A DNA stretch of 64,000 bases from contig JAQFVV010000011.1 in the NCBI GenBank assembly GCA_028023455.1, positions 4,526,001-4,590,000 of the forward strand, given 5' to 3'. The DNA comes from Epiperipatus broadwayi (lineage: Eukaryota; Animalia; Onychophora). The notes beneath the pieces were generated by a model. It was not told where the DNA came from, did no database searches, and saw nothing but the letters and a program-made list of their open reading frames with translations. The position numbers and the translations under genes were made by a program. This document shows positions 28,417 to 39,826 of the stretch, one piece after another. Each line of letters starts with the position of its first letter. Positions within the stretch are counted from its first letter, which is position 1.

Positions 28417-28578
28417 CTGACTTTCCAACGGTTCCGCACTTGGCTGCTCTTTATGGGATAGTGTTAATAAACAGCGGTCCAGAAACTTTTTTTCAATTTC
28501 CGGAATATAACAACTTTCGCCTTTAATCACCGGGATAAATAATAAAACTATTAAACATTCTAAAGTCTGTGTTATCAT
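28417..28578 (-). CDS. Probable first coding exon of a secreted or membrane host protein (54 aa, phase-0 donor)
   Basis: ATG at 28578, MITQTLECLIVLLFIPVIKG-ESCYIPEIEKKFLDRCLLTLSHKEQPSAEPLESQ, ending at CAG|GTTAGA. Hydrophobic signal-peptide-like start in a locally CpG-rich region. Downstream exons not identified. Confidence 0.5.
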
Positions 28579-29137
28579 ACCTAAAAATACAACCAAACAG
28601 AAAACACAATAAAAGCTCTATAGAGACAAAATATTATCTCTCAAATGATTATGAATTCAGTGATCATCGAATTATGCAAATTTAAATTCGATACACTATT
28701 TAAAACTCGTGAATGCATTTTTTATAATAGTATATAAATTAAGAAAAACAATCGTAATATTCATTAACCAAAGTGTACTTCACGGTTTCATTACCAGTTA
28801 TATAATTGCAAAATAAAAACCACGTGTTCTTTAACGTTAACAAATTATTTGTAAGTGAAAATCTTAACTTATAATAATTTTCGAAAGTTATCTTTAAATA
28901 AGTTCATGATTTATTATGAAATTTTCATAGAAGCTTTTATTCATAAAAATCAATATACCTTTAAAAAAAAATCAATTCATAGGAACGACGGATGTCAACT
29001 AATTGTCAACTACTTTACTAGATGCCGCTAGAGCGCTTCTGCTGAAATTATAGCAGGAAAAAGGAATCTAAATATATATTTTCCAAGGGCTAGGCATTAT
29101 ATATTGTCGGTGAATTAAAGAAATCTAATAATATAAT

Positions 29138-29555
29138 TAGTGGGTCGATATTTCCACATGGCCTAACCGGGACACACAACCAAAAAAATCTTTATTGCAT
29201 ATTACTATATATTCAAAAAAATTATAAAACATATACAATCACAGTTATATTACTAACAATATACTCATTTCGTAATATAAACAAAAGGAAAAGACAATTG
29301 TTTGTATACATATATTATTTGTCGAGACAAAATCATAAAATTGAAACCACTTATTTTAAATGTATCAAAATAATGGGGGGGGGGGGGGCTACTTCATTTT
29401 GAGAAAATTACTGATTAATTAATTAAAAAATTAATTATAAAATATTAAATGTAAAAATAAGTGGTTAACAAAACCGCGACAAATTCCCAGAATATGTCGG
29501 GATACCCGAGGCAACAGTGATAAATCCGGGAAAGTCGTGACGTATGGTCTCCCTA
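29138..29555. mobile_element. Non-autonomous hAT-type MITE (same TIR class as 16235-16812)
   Basis: Right TIR CGTATGGTCTCCCTA, degenerate left TIR TAGTGGGTCGATATTTCC. Exact 8-bp TSD AATATAAT at 29130-29137 and 29556-29563. CGGGA subterminal motifs. Confidence 0.75.
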
Positions 29556-29899
29556 AATATAATATTGGTGGAGGAAATGGTGTTAAAGGGATATCAAGAG
29601 ATATTTATGAAGAGATGATTATGTATTTGAAAAAAATAATGCGAAGTAGGGATTTATTTCCAAGATTTAGTAAGTTGTCTAAATTAAAGCTGTTTTGGAG
29701 TAGAAATTTGTGTGATAGTAGTATGTTGGTTTTTTTTTTTAAAAAAATGTTTGGATACATTTGTTAGAAAGAGAGCTTTGTTTAAAAAAATTGTGGAGAG
29801 AAGAATACTAGGGGAGCTAATTTTCAATAAATTTTATGAAATTAAGAAAAAGAGATGGCGTATATAAATAAAAGAACATATAAAATGTTGTTTGTATTA

Positions 29900-30830
29900 G
29901 TAATAAAATAGAGGAAAATACTGATGAAAGAGATGTAAAAATAGAAAAGAATTATTTATATAAAATATCTGGTAATATTTGTAAGAAAATAAATATTTAA
30001 AAGAAAAATCATATATATATATGGAAAGAGTTGGAAAATATTTTTGTAAGAAAAAAGTTATATTAGTTAGCAGTTGTAGAATTTGAGAAATGAAGAAGTA
30101 TCCTATTTGCAGAAATGAAAATAGAAGGAAGTAAATAGATGTAAAGGTGATAAGAAAGGAGAGAGTATAGGAGTTAAATATTAAGAAAGCTATTTTAGAA
30201 GGAAATTGTAAGAAACGTAAATTTTATTGGAATTGAATGTAAAAAAATTGATGTGTGAAATAGAATATTTATTGTTACAAATAAAAAGAATGTAAAGGGG
30301 CGGAATGACAATATTTGAGATCGTTTGTAAGAAAATTGATGAATTTAGAAAGAAGTTTAACATATTGAGAGTATGTAATATGACTAATCAAATTAATGAA
30401 ATTGGTGGAGTAGAAATAATAATTAGACATTATGGAAAGATATATGTGAGAGAAAGGGAATTAAATTTGGAAATGTGAGTAAAGTGTAGGATGGAAAATT
30501 TAATTATTGGCTGATAAAGAGAAACTAAAGAGTATAAAAAGATTAAAGTATTTGATGAAGAAGAGAAACACGTTTTGATCATAATTTTATGATAATAAAA
30601 TCAGAAGTATTTGAAACTTATAGAGTATGTAAGGAATGAATGTGAATTGAACAGCTTTAGTAATTGTGAATTATGGTGGATTTAAAACTTAGAAAGTGGG
30701 TTAAAAGGTTGAAGAAGATGGCAAATGAGTAGTTAGTTGAAAATCATATGATTAATAAGATGGAGTAAAACATACTTTAGAAAGTGTAAAAAACAGTGTG
30801 ATATCTCAAATTATCTTCAAATAGTGGACT
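29900..30830 (+). pseudogene. Highly decayed non-LTR ORF1 (esterase-like) fragment
   Basis: Purine-rich. Fragments such as GGMTIFEIVCKKIDEF and (M)ERYMCERKGIKFG-like text resemble the ORF1 at 23449-23853. Confidence 0.3.
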
Positions 30831-31569
30831 AGTCCAGATTCCACCATATATTAATCAGATTGAGCATTCATTGTCACAATAGTCAATAGCAGAAATAGCC
30901 AATAGGTGGCGATGCTATATGAATATAATTGCTCTCATTATGAATGGGGATCTGACTATGAATATATTCCAGGTGGAGGTAAAGTTAGACAAGAGCAAAT
31001 TACAATCAGAGCTGAATGGCAGTATTCACATTGTCCACTATATAACTAAAGCAGCAAAGCAAGTTTATACTAGAACTGAATACTGCTAGAAGGTAAATTA
31101 GACATGTGACAAGCTATCACAGAGTAGCTGGAAGTATCACTATATCTATACTTGAGGCAAGCTGTTATACTTGAAAGTGTTAGGTAAATCTAGAATGGTA
31201 TCTGTAGTCCCTAATAGTAATAGTTTCATGGCTATTACAGCAATCAACATATCAGGTGTATGGTATAGCAAACATTATTGTATATAATCTGTTCAAGGGA
31301 ATCACCAAATGAGATTCCACAATTGTGATCAAATTAAAAGTATTACAAACAGTGGTTGTTCAAACAGCAGATAGACAGCACCCTATAGAAAACAGCTATT
31401 GCTAAACTATACATCATTAATAGATGAAATACACAGGCTTATATATACCTGCATCTATATATGTAATAGACAGGGTATGAGAACAGACTTTCACATGACC
31501 CAACACTCTCCACACTATCTCATAATACTGATACACCTGAACACACATATGTCAAAAATATAAATAATC

Positions 31570-31613
31570 ACCAATATACGTATTTCATGCTAAACCAGCA
31601 ATCATCAGTTGGT
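31570..31613 (-). ncRNA. Type I hammerhead (family A), left arm
   Basis: ACCAA CTGATGA TTGCT-ggttt-AGCAT GAAA TACGTA TA TTGGT. Palindromic AUACGUAU stem III; first stem II pair is U.U. Confidence 0.8.
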
Positions 31614-31689
31614 CCAGATTACATCTCTACACATATATGCTACAAGTGCTCAGATATATATTAAGATAGCAAATCCTTCTACTTTAAAA

Positions 31690-33325
31690 CCCTTAGAGGC
31701 CTGAACGGCCATTTTGAATTCCCAGAAAAAATTACAGGACATACAATTTTAAATGAAATGACTAATTTATTACAATAAATAAAAATATATATATACATTT
31801 TTATAAAGTGCAAATATGAAAGAATGTAATAAAGCTGATAAAGCAGTCATTACCACAAAAAAATAATTAAGAAAAAGGATATTTTTCACATTTTAAAAAT
31901 TTTTATTTTTTATTGGTTCACAAACTCTCAATTTTGAAATGTATAACCTAAAATTACAATTTCATAGACAGCTTCAGCACATTCGTCATAAAATGCAGAA
32001 AAAATATATATATAACGTGACCTACCTGAGTTACAGTTTGTTGGAGTAATGTGGCAAAAGGTGACAATTTCAGTTTCGCTTTTTTACTAACCAGCCTATA
32101 TGTTCAATTTTTGCAAGCAGTTGTTTTTCTAGGCCCTCTATGCGGGATATCTATTAGAAATGCAAGGTTTTAGTGTGGATCAAAAAAAAAAATAACAGTA
32201 GTAACTTTAGTAAAGTGTAAGTTATGGGAGTAAAAAATACGTACTATATTATTGGAATATCATGGGAGAAAGGGCGAGCTAAATTATGCATTATTTCATA
32301 GGAGACCATAATAGCAAAGTATGCTTCAAATTAATTAAAAACTTATCTACAATGAAATGAATAAAAACATAGTAAATTCTAAGTTATGAATGTAAAAAAT
32401 ATTATATTATTGGAATATCATGGGTGAAAGGGCGAGCTAAATTATGCATTATTTCATAGGAGACCATAATAGCAAAGTATGCTTCAAAGAAATTAAAAAC
32501 TTATCTACAATGAAATGAATAAAAACAGTGAATAAAATAAAATAAATAACCCAAAGGAATTATAAGCAATTATTATATATCAGTGGGAGACGATGATGAT
32601 GACTGTTGATTCAGCATTGGGGGAAGCATTGTAAATTATTTAGAATACCAAAAAATCAATACTGGGTCATAACTCTAGCAAGTTAGCAAGTACCGGTTGA
32701 TGCAAATATTCATTTTTAGATCAAATAAATTTTAGTTTTGGTTTTGCGTGATATAGTACAAACATGAATAATCATACCAAAAAATGCATTCAATTCAGCG
32801 GGTGACAGACCAACCTACTTCGGTAATGCCTTCCACTCTGAAACATACCTATTGCTTTCAGTGCAAATATATAATTTTGTATAAAAAATAAATGAAATAG
32901 ATCAGCTGCAAATATATAATTTTATATAAAAAATAAATAAAACAGATCAGGAATTGAATACTCACGGCTAATGGTGAAATATGACGAAACCTCAGAATCA
33001 AACATAAACAAAAAAGTCTTCGTCAGAATCAATCAAAATTACGTTCAGCGGCGAAAGAAGCCATTTGTGCAGTTATTTTGTTTATACGTTGACAAAATCT
33101 AGAAAGATAAAAAAAATTATAAAATTTTAATAACGTACTTTACAAAAATTGCTATAAAAAATCTAATTTTCATCGCACAGAAAAAATTTTTAGACATACA
33201 AAAAGATAGAAAAATGGTGGAGAGAAAAAAAAACCGTAACTGTGACATATATGGTTTGCACGCTATTGTGGTTGAAATTGCAAACTTTTTTAATGCGGAA
33301 AAAAGCGGTTTTTGGTCTCTAAGGG
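31690..33325 (-). mobile_element. Internally deleted piggyBac transposon
   Basis: TIR CCCTTAGAGGCC / GGTCTCTAAGGG (11/12). Minus strand gives MASFAAERNFD/DSDEDF (ATG 33064), SPAELNAFFGMII...ARVMTQY*FFGILNNLQCF (~32620-32830, piggyBac transposase-like) and a Cys/His-containing tail near 32000-32150. Internal ~163-bp tandem duplication at ~32225-32525. Confidence 0.75.
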
Positions 33326-33853
33326 TGGACAGGCTTCAATGTACTCCACACTCTAACTCTTCAACCATCCATCCAATTGAAAATCTGATGATGGAACACT
33401 CAAAGGCCACCCTTAGGCCGAGATTGTTGTCACACCCATGTTGACCTAAAGGTCAATCCGACCCCTCATATACAGGACATAATCCATTAAATACATACAA
33501 GGGATAGGCAGACATCTCTAATATGTCTATTACATATATAGACACAGGTATATATAAGCCTGTGTATTTCATCTATTACATATTAGAGATGTCTGCCTAT
33601 CCCTTGTATGTATTTAATGGATTATGACCTGTACATGAGGGGTCGGATTGACCTTTAGGTCAACATGGGTGTGACAACAATCTTGGCCTAAGGGTGGCCT
33701 TTGAGCATTCCATCATCGGATTTTCAATTGGATGGATAGTTGAAGAGTTGGAGTGGGGAGTACATTGAAGTCTGTCCATTAAAGTAGAAGTATTTGCTAT
33801 CTTAATATATATCTGAGCACTTGTAGCATATATGTGTAGAGATGGTAATCTGG

Positions 33854-33897
33854 ACCAACTGATGATTGCTGGTTTAGCATGAAATACGTATATTGGT
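33854..33897 (+). ncRNA. Type I hammerhead (family A), right arm
   Basis: ACCAA CTGATGA TTGCT ggttt AGCAT GAAA TACGTA TA TTGGT, identical to the left-arm copy. Confidence 0.8.
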
Positions 33898-34569
33898 GAT
33901 TATTTATCTTTTCAACATATGTGTGTTCAGGTGTATCAGTATTATGAGATAGTGTGGAGAGTGTTGGGTCATGTGAAAGTCTGTGCTCATACCCTGTCTA
34001 TTATATACATCATTAACCAACAGTCAAGAGTTACCAATCAACAGCGAAGAATTATCAAGCAGCAGTGAAGAGTCATCCAATAATGAAGAGTCAGAATCAA
34101 CAGCCAATAGTGAAGTAATGAAAAGTGACCAGCCAAAGTTCAAAGACACCAGAACTACTGATGAAGTCACCAAACCTGATGAAGTCAGGAAGTGATAAAG
34201 ATATCCACCAAAGCATCTGAAAGGCTACATTTTCCAAGACTAACTTTAACCAGAGGGGAGATAAAGGCCAAGTAGAGATAAATAGGCTGTTAATAAATAA
34301 AGAAGAGGTGACAAGAAACAAAATAGTTAAAGTAGAATTTAACGGGAAATCAAATGAATTTGATAAGTTAACTGGGGAAATTATCAGGCCAGGTAGGAAG
34401 AATTAGATATAAACAGACACATTGTTTCACATATATATTTTTTAAGATTTCTTTCCCTCCCCAGCTAAAGCAGTTTAAATTAAAAATAAAACTGACATGG
34501 TTCAGTAAATAAAAATTTAAATAAAGAAGCAAGTGACAGTGAATTAAAGTCACTTTTCCCAACTGCTGC

Positions 34570-34866
<297 letters not shown>

Positions 34867-35889
34867 GGTAAAATAAAGAAAATATAAAAGAAGCATTGAA
34901 TTAATAAATCTATTATTAATTGATAAATCTTCAATTTAAAATAAAGCAGATACGATTTATTTTAGAGCTATATGTTTTCAGATGTCAATGTAAAAACACT
35001 TAAAGATAGCATCACCTTTTTGCCTGGGGCTTTTAATCAGTTGTTTTTTAAAAACATGTGGTTAGATGAAAAAATGTGGAAGCAGAAGAAATAAAAGAAG
35101 CAGCTTAATTAGACAGTGGCAGTTACAATTACAGGCAGTTACAGTGACAGAGTTATAGTTACAGTTGGAGTTACAATAAGAGTTACAGTGAGAGCTGTTG
35201 AAAATTTATTACTTTTTGGGAATTCTAAAACAACCAAGTTTGAAATCACAGTTATCACCAACAGAAAAAAACTTTTAGTTACTAGATAACTGAATAATGG
35301 AAAAATGCATTATTAATTTGGAAAACTCCAGGATGAGTGAGTAGAAAATTCTTCCTCTTTCTCCATCCATGTGAAACCCAAGAAGTTGAGAACATGCCCA
35401 TGTAAATGACAGCAGCAATTTATTGTGCCATTCAGCTCCAGTAAACCCCTTTTGATGCAAAAATTTAAATGTCAAGGTAAGGAAAATTTAGATACATTTA
35501 TAATATTTAAATATATTTTGAAAACGTATTTGTTGAAATGATTAATGTATAAAATAAAATACAATTATTCAAATGATTGATTTATCAAATAAAACCTAAG
35601 AAAATAATGTTTTAAAACATAATGTCTTTAAAAAATAATAGTTATACTGAGTTTAAGAACTTAAGAATATTGATTTAAAAATAAATGAAAAATATAATAA
35701 TACGTGAGTTAATTCAAAGATGTATTTATATATACATGAATACAGGATTTGTAATGCTTGGATAGAAAAATTAAATTGAATATGTTTCTATTTCAAATAT
35801 GAACAGGAATTAGATATGCCTTTATAATACACAGATTAAAAATCCGTCTATGTAAAAATTAAATTGAATGAATGTGTTTCTACTTCAAA

Positions 35890-36560
35890 TATCCACAAAT
35901 CTGAATTAGAGAATTAATTATTTTAATATAAGGAATGACTTGAATTTAAAGCCAGACATCTGTATCAAAAATGAATTAAGCAAATGAGTCACTCAAATCT
36001 ACACACATGAATTTGAGAATTAATCTTTTAATATAAATGAATGACTTGAACCTACATCCATACATTTAGATTAAAGATTAATTAAGTAAACAAATGATTT
36101 AAATCTACAAATCTGAATTAGAGAATTAATATTTTAATATAAGGAAGAACTTGAATTTAATCCAGAAACCTGTATAAAAGATGAATTAAACAAATGAATA
36201 ACTCAAATCTACAAATATGAATTTGAGAATTAATCTTTTAATATAAATGAATGACTTGAACCTACATCTATACACTTAGATTAACACTAATTAAGTAAAT
36301 AACTGATTTAAATCTATAAATCTGAATTAGAGAATTAATCTTTTAATATAAATGAATGACATGAACCTACATCCATACACTTGGAATAAAAGGTGAATTA
36401 AGTAAATAAATGACTTAAATCTACATATCTGAATTAGAGAATTAATATTTTAATATAAATGAATGACATAAGCCTACATCATCCATACATATGAATTAAG
36501 TAAATAAATAATTAAACATTTTAATATAATGAATGACTTTAATTTATATCCACATACCTG
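35890..36560 (+). repeat. ~105-bp minisatellite with alternating A/B subunits inside the LTR (about 6 units here, 5 units at ~40990-41480)
   Basis: The motif TGAATT(A/T)GAGAATTAA recurs at ~35902, 36008, 36114, 36218, 36323 and 36430. Confidence 0.85.
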
Positions 36561-37526
36561 GATCAAAGACAAATGACTTGAATGTATATCCACATACCTG
36601 GATCCCAGATGAATGACCAAGATTTACATCCAGATGCCACAATCGAGAATAAATATTTTTTACAGAACTTACAGTTGGACTTATTGCACCAATCATCGAT
36701 GATTATGAAAAGAATGATTAAATATTAATCAAACTGACCTAGGACCATATATGCATATATGAACTGACAATCCAAAAATGAACTGTCAATAACTTTTATT
36801 GTCAAATAAATAAATCACTGTTATCTAAAACTAATCTATCTAGTCAGTCTCATTTCACATCGCTCATCATTTATTGCATTTGTTCACAAGAATCTCATGC
36901 CTCCTGAGCTATGTTCGGCATAACCAGATCTGAATAAATAAGTAAGGTTGTGGTAAGGTGGAACTCTAGTGGAACCATTTGGGAAAACAAACAAACAAAT
37001 TTTGTAGATGTTTCCAGTCTCTCAAATACTACATCTGATGAGCAGGAAATATTGCTGTAGGGTGGTAAGATAGACATTTGGAAATGCCAATCTTTGTTTC
37101 TATCCTGCAATATGCTCATCAGGAATTAGTTCCAACAGATAATATAGGTTGGTAGGTGGTCCAGTTACATTTGTCATCCTATCATGAAGCCTGATCTAGC
37201 TAGCCTGCCCATAGGTGTAAAAAGCTAAAAAATCATTTAATGAAGAAATCTAAAATGCAAAAGCAAATTACAATTCTCTAAATGTGAATGTGCACATGGT
37301 GTGGGGATGTGAAATGAGCTAAAAAGGGGGGAAATATGAAAGCCTAGTAAAAATGAACGGTATACAATGAATAAAACAGACATGAAAAAAAAAGTTGGGG
37401 CTACATCATGGAATGAAGAGAGAGAGAAGCTTACCAAAGTTGAAATACAATAGTAGAATATGAAAAGAAAGAAACAATGTACAAGTTTAAAAATTAGATG
37501 ATAACCAGAGCAAAAAGAAAAAAAGT

Positions 37527-38790
37527 ATGATGAACACAGAAGCTGAGAAAAATCTTCCTAATGAAGAACAGAAACAAAAAGGCAATAATCCAAAAGAAGT
37601 TGGTCAACAAGTAGAAGAATCACAGAAAACAGAGGAGACTTCCATGTTAGTCCAGCTAATGGAAATGATTAAAGAAAAAATAGAAAAAGAGAGGAACATA
37701 AGAGACAAAGAGAAGAAGAAAATAGAAAAAGGAATGAACAAAAGAAGGAAAAAAGAGAAAAAAAGGAAAGAAAAGAAGGGATAACAAAAGGAAAAAAAAA
37801 GAGAAGAAGAAAATAGAAGGGATGAACAAAGAAAAAAGAAAAAAGATGAACAAAGAGATGAAGATAAGAGACAAAGAGAAGAAGAAATAGAAAAAGAGAT
37901 GATCAAAAGAAGGGAGAAGAAGAAAATAGAATGGATGCTCAAAGAGAAGAAGGCAAAAAACAGATAGTAGAAGCTAATCAAAGGATAAAAAAGCAGATCA
38001 GAGAAGCAACAGAAAGCCAAAATGAAAAGATCGATCAAATAATGAAAGAAATGACAGATAGAATATTCAAAATTAAGGAGGAAGTGATGGATGAAGTAAA
38101 AGGGTCATTAGTTGAGCAAGAAGTCAAGACCCAAATGTGTGAAGTCATGGATACAAAAAATCATAAAAATCCAAGAATCCATGCAGGAACAGGTGGATAG
38201 ATTGACAACCCAAATGAACGAGATGAAAAGTAGCAGTACATTACCAATAAAAGAAGAAAGGGCAGAAACAGTCCCAAAAGAAATTCAAGAAGGAAGTTAT
38301 AGAATTACTCATGAAGTCCCTATAGCCAACCAGATGCCAGGAATAGTGAATCAGTTTCCCAAAATATGAACTTTTCCAGGGAGCTATAATGAAGCACCCA
38401 TTGAGTATCTCAAAAGTCTGGAGAGGTACTTCAGCATAAATGCTTTGACAGAAGAGGCAAAGCTGATGATAGCTTGTAGACAACTTCAGGATGTGGCACA
38501 GGCATGGTGAAACTCCATGTTCAGCCGACCTACAAAGTTTTCAGGATTTCAAAGTGGCACTAACAAGCTGTTGCTGGAGTGATGATTGTCAAGAGGGTGT
38601 TAAATACAAGGTGTCCCAGTTTTCATGCCTGCCTGGAGAACCTTATATATCCTTCTTTAGAAGACAGGTGGTCAAGTTGAGGACCCTGACAGCTGACCCA
38701 CTGTCAGAACTCCAGATTATCAGGTTAATCCACCACAGCTTCCCAGAATGTAGAGAGGATAGTGATCAGAACAGATTGTCAATCTATTGA
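37527..38790 (+). pseudogene. gag: Frameshifted Ty3/gypsy gag (K/E-rich coiled coil + capsid domain)
   Basis: ORF-track pieces 37527-37784, 37931-38200, 38112-38369 and 38491-38790, plus SYNEAPIEYLKSLERYFSINALTEEAKLMIACRQLQDVAQAW* followed by SFQDFKVALTSCCWSDDCQ...GEPYISFFRRQVVKLRTL: the retrotransposon gag capsid pattern. Confidence 0.75.
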
Positions 38791-39826
38791 ACAGGTGGCT
38801 GAACTGTTAACCGCATATGATAACTGTGGTACATCAGCAAATAAAGGAGGAGTGCCCAAGCTGGGCCAAAAAAATCCCCCTATAAAAAAGATGATGGGAC
38901 TTAGAAGCCATCAAGTATAAGAGGAAATTACCTCCACAAAACTATGGCAACTATGACTCATGACTATGGTATCATCACCAAAGAAATGGGGTACCACCAT
39001 GGAAGAGGCAGAGAAGAAATTTAACAGGAAATATTCACAGCCCATACCAGACCCAAATAGTGAAGAGGTCGAATAGTGATGACAATCCATGAAAAAGGGT
39101 TGGTAGAAAAATAAACTACCAGGATGAAGTCTGGCATGAAAACCAAAGACAAATAAAAGTCCACCACCTCAAAACAAAAAAGAATGCTATAGGAGGACTG
39201 ATCATGATCCTCAGTCTCCCAAGCCAGGATGGAGCTACAATATGGAGCTATAAAATAAAAATAGCTGATGAAAGAAGTTTGCAAGTGGGATGTAGTGATG
39301 CATGGAATTTGTGTTTTTCATATTGAGGTGGGTGAATGATTGAGCAGGGCTGCTTGGATGCATTGTGTTTATGATGCTCCGAAGTATATGCTCAGCACAA
39401 TCCAGACCTGGATGTTGAGCTCCTAGAATAGTCCAGCAGTGTATATTGGCCACATGAATAGGCCATAGTCTCATGAATAGATTAAATGAATAAGCCTCTA
39501 AGACTCCCAGATGAGCAGAGTTGGCTCAGTGCCAAATTTTTTTTTCTCTGGCCTCTACTCTTATTTGGATGATCCCTCTAGGTACAAAAGAGGTGGTGCC
39601 TAAAAATGAGATATTTTCTCATGACATCATGAGACATTGTGTACTAGTAGTTTGTGCTTGGCCATCTGCTTGTCCTGACATTGGATGCTACAGTTCACAT
39701 ATTCACTTTTCTCATACTCATCTTACCTATTTCATTAGCCTATCTAACTCCAGTAGAGACACAATAATGAGTAATGGTGTTTATTAATTTCCAGACAATT
39801 TCATCCCAAAATTTAGCAGGGGGTAA

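Larger units (their letters stand above)
31421..34003. mobile_element. Family A foldback: two divergent ~470-bp units inserted with a 13-bp TSD (left arm later split by piggyBac)
   Basis: Left arm (31421-31687 + 33326-33523) is the reverse complement of the right arm (33524-34003). TSD TATACATCATTAA at 31408-31420 and 34004-34016. Confidence 0.9.
31340..34260 (+). pseudogene. 3' end of an old Ty3/gypsy integrase + polypurine tract, split by the 31421-34003 insertion
   Basis: Removing the insertion and one TSD copy restores RKQLLLNYTSLTNSQE...EVRK**RYPPKHLKGYI, typical of gypsy IN C-termini. It is followed by GAGGGGAGA (~34252-34260). Confidence 0.55.

Noticed and set aside
35890-36560. Regularly spaced repeats superficially like a CRISPR array
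   Set aside because: The whole ~105-bp units are homologous, with no unique spacers. The context is eukaryotic and inside an LTR.
37030-37130. CTGATGA...GAAA motifs near the LTR end (also ~41920-41975)
   Set aside because: One has only 4 nt between the boxes. The other has a 6-nt excess and no GUH or stem I pairing, so neither folds as a hammerhead.
37604-38038. Phe/Ser/Leu-rich minus-strand ORFs resembling membrane proteins
   Set aside because: They are the antisense of the purine-rich K/E gag region.
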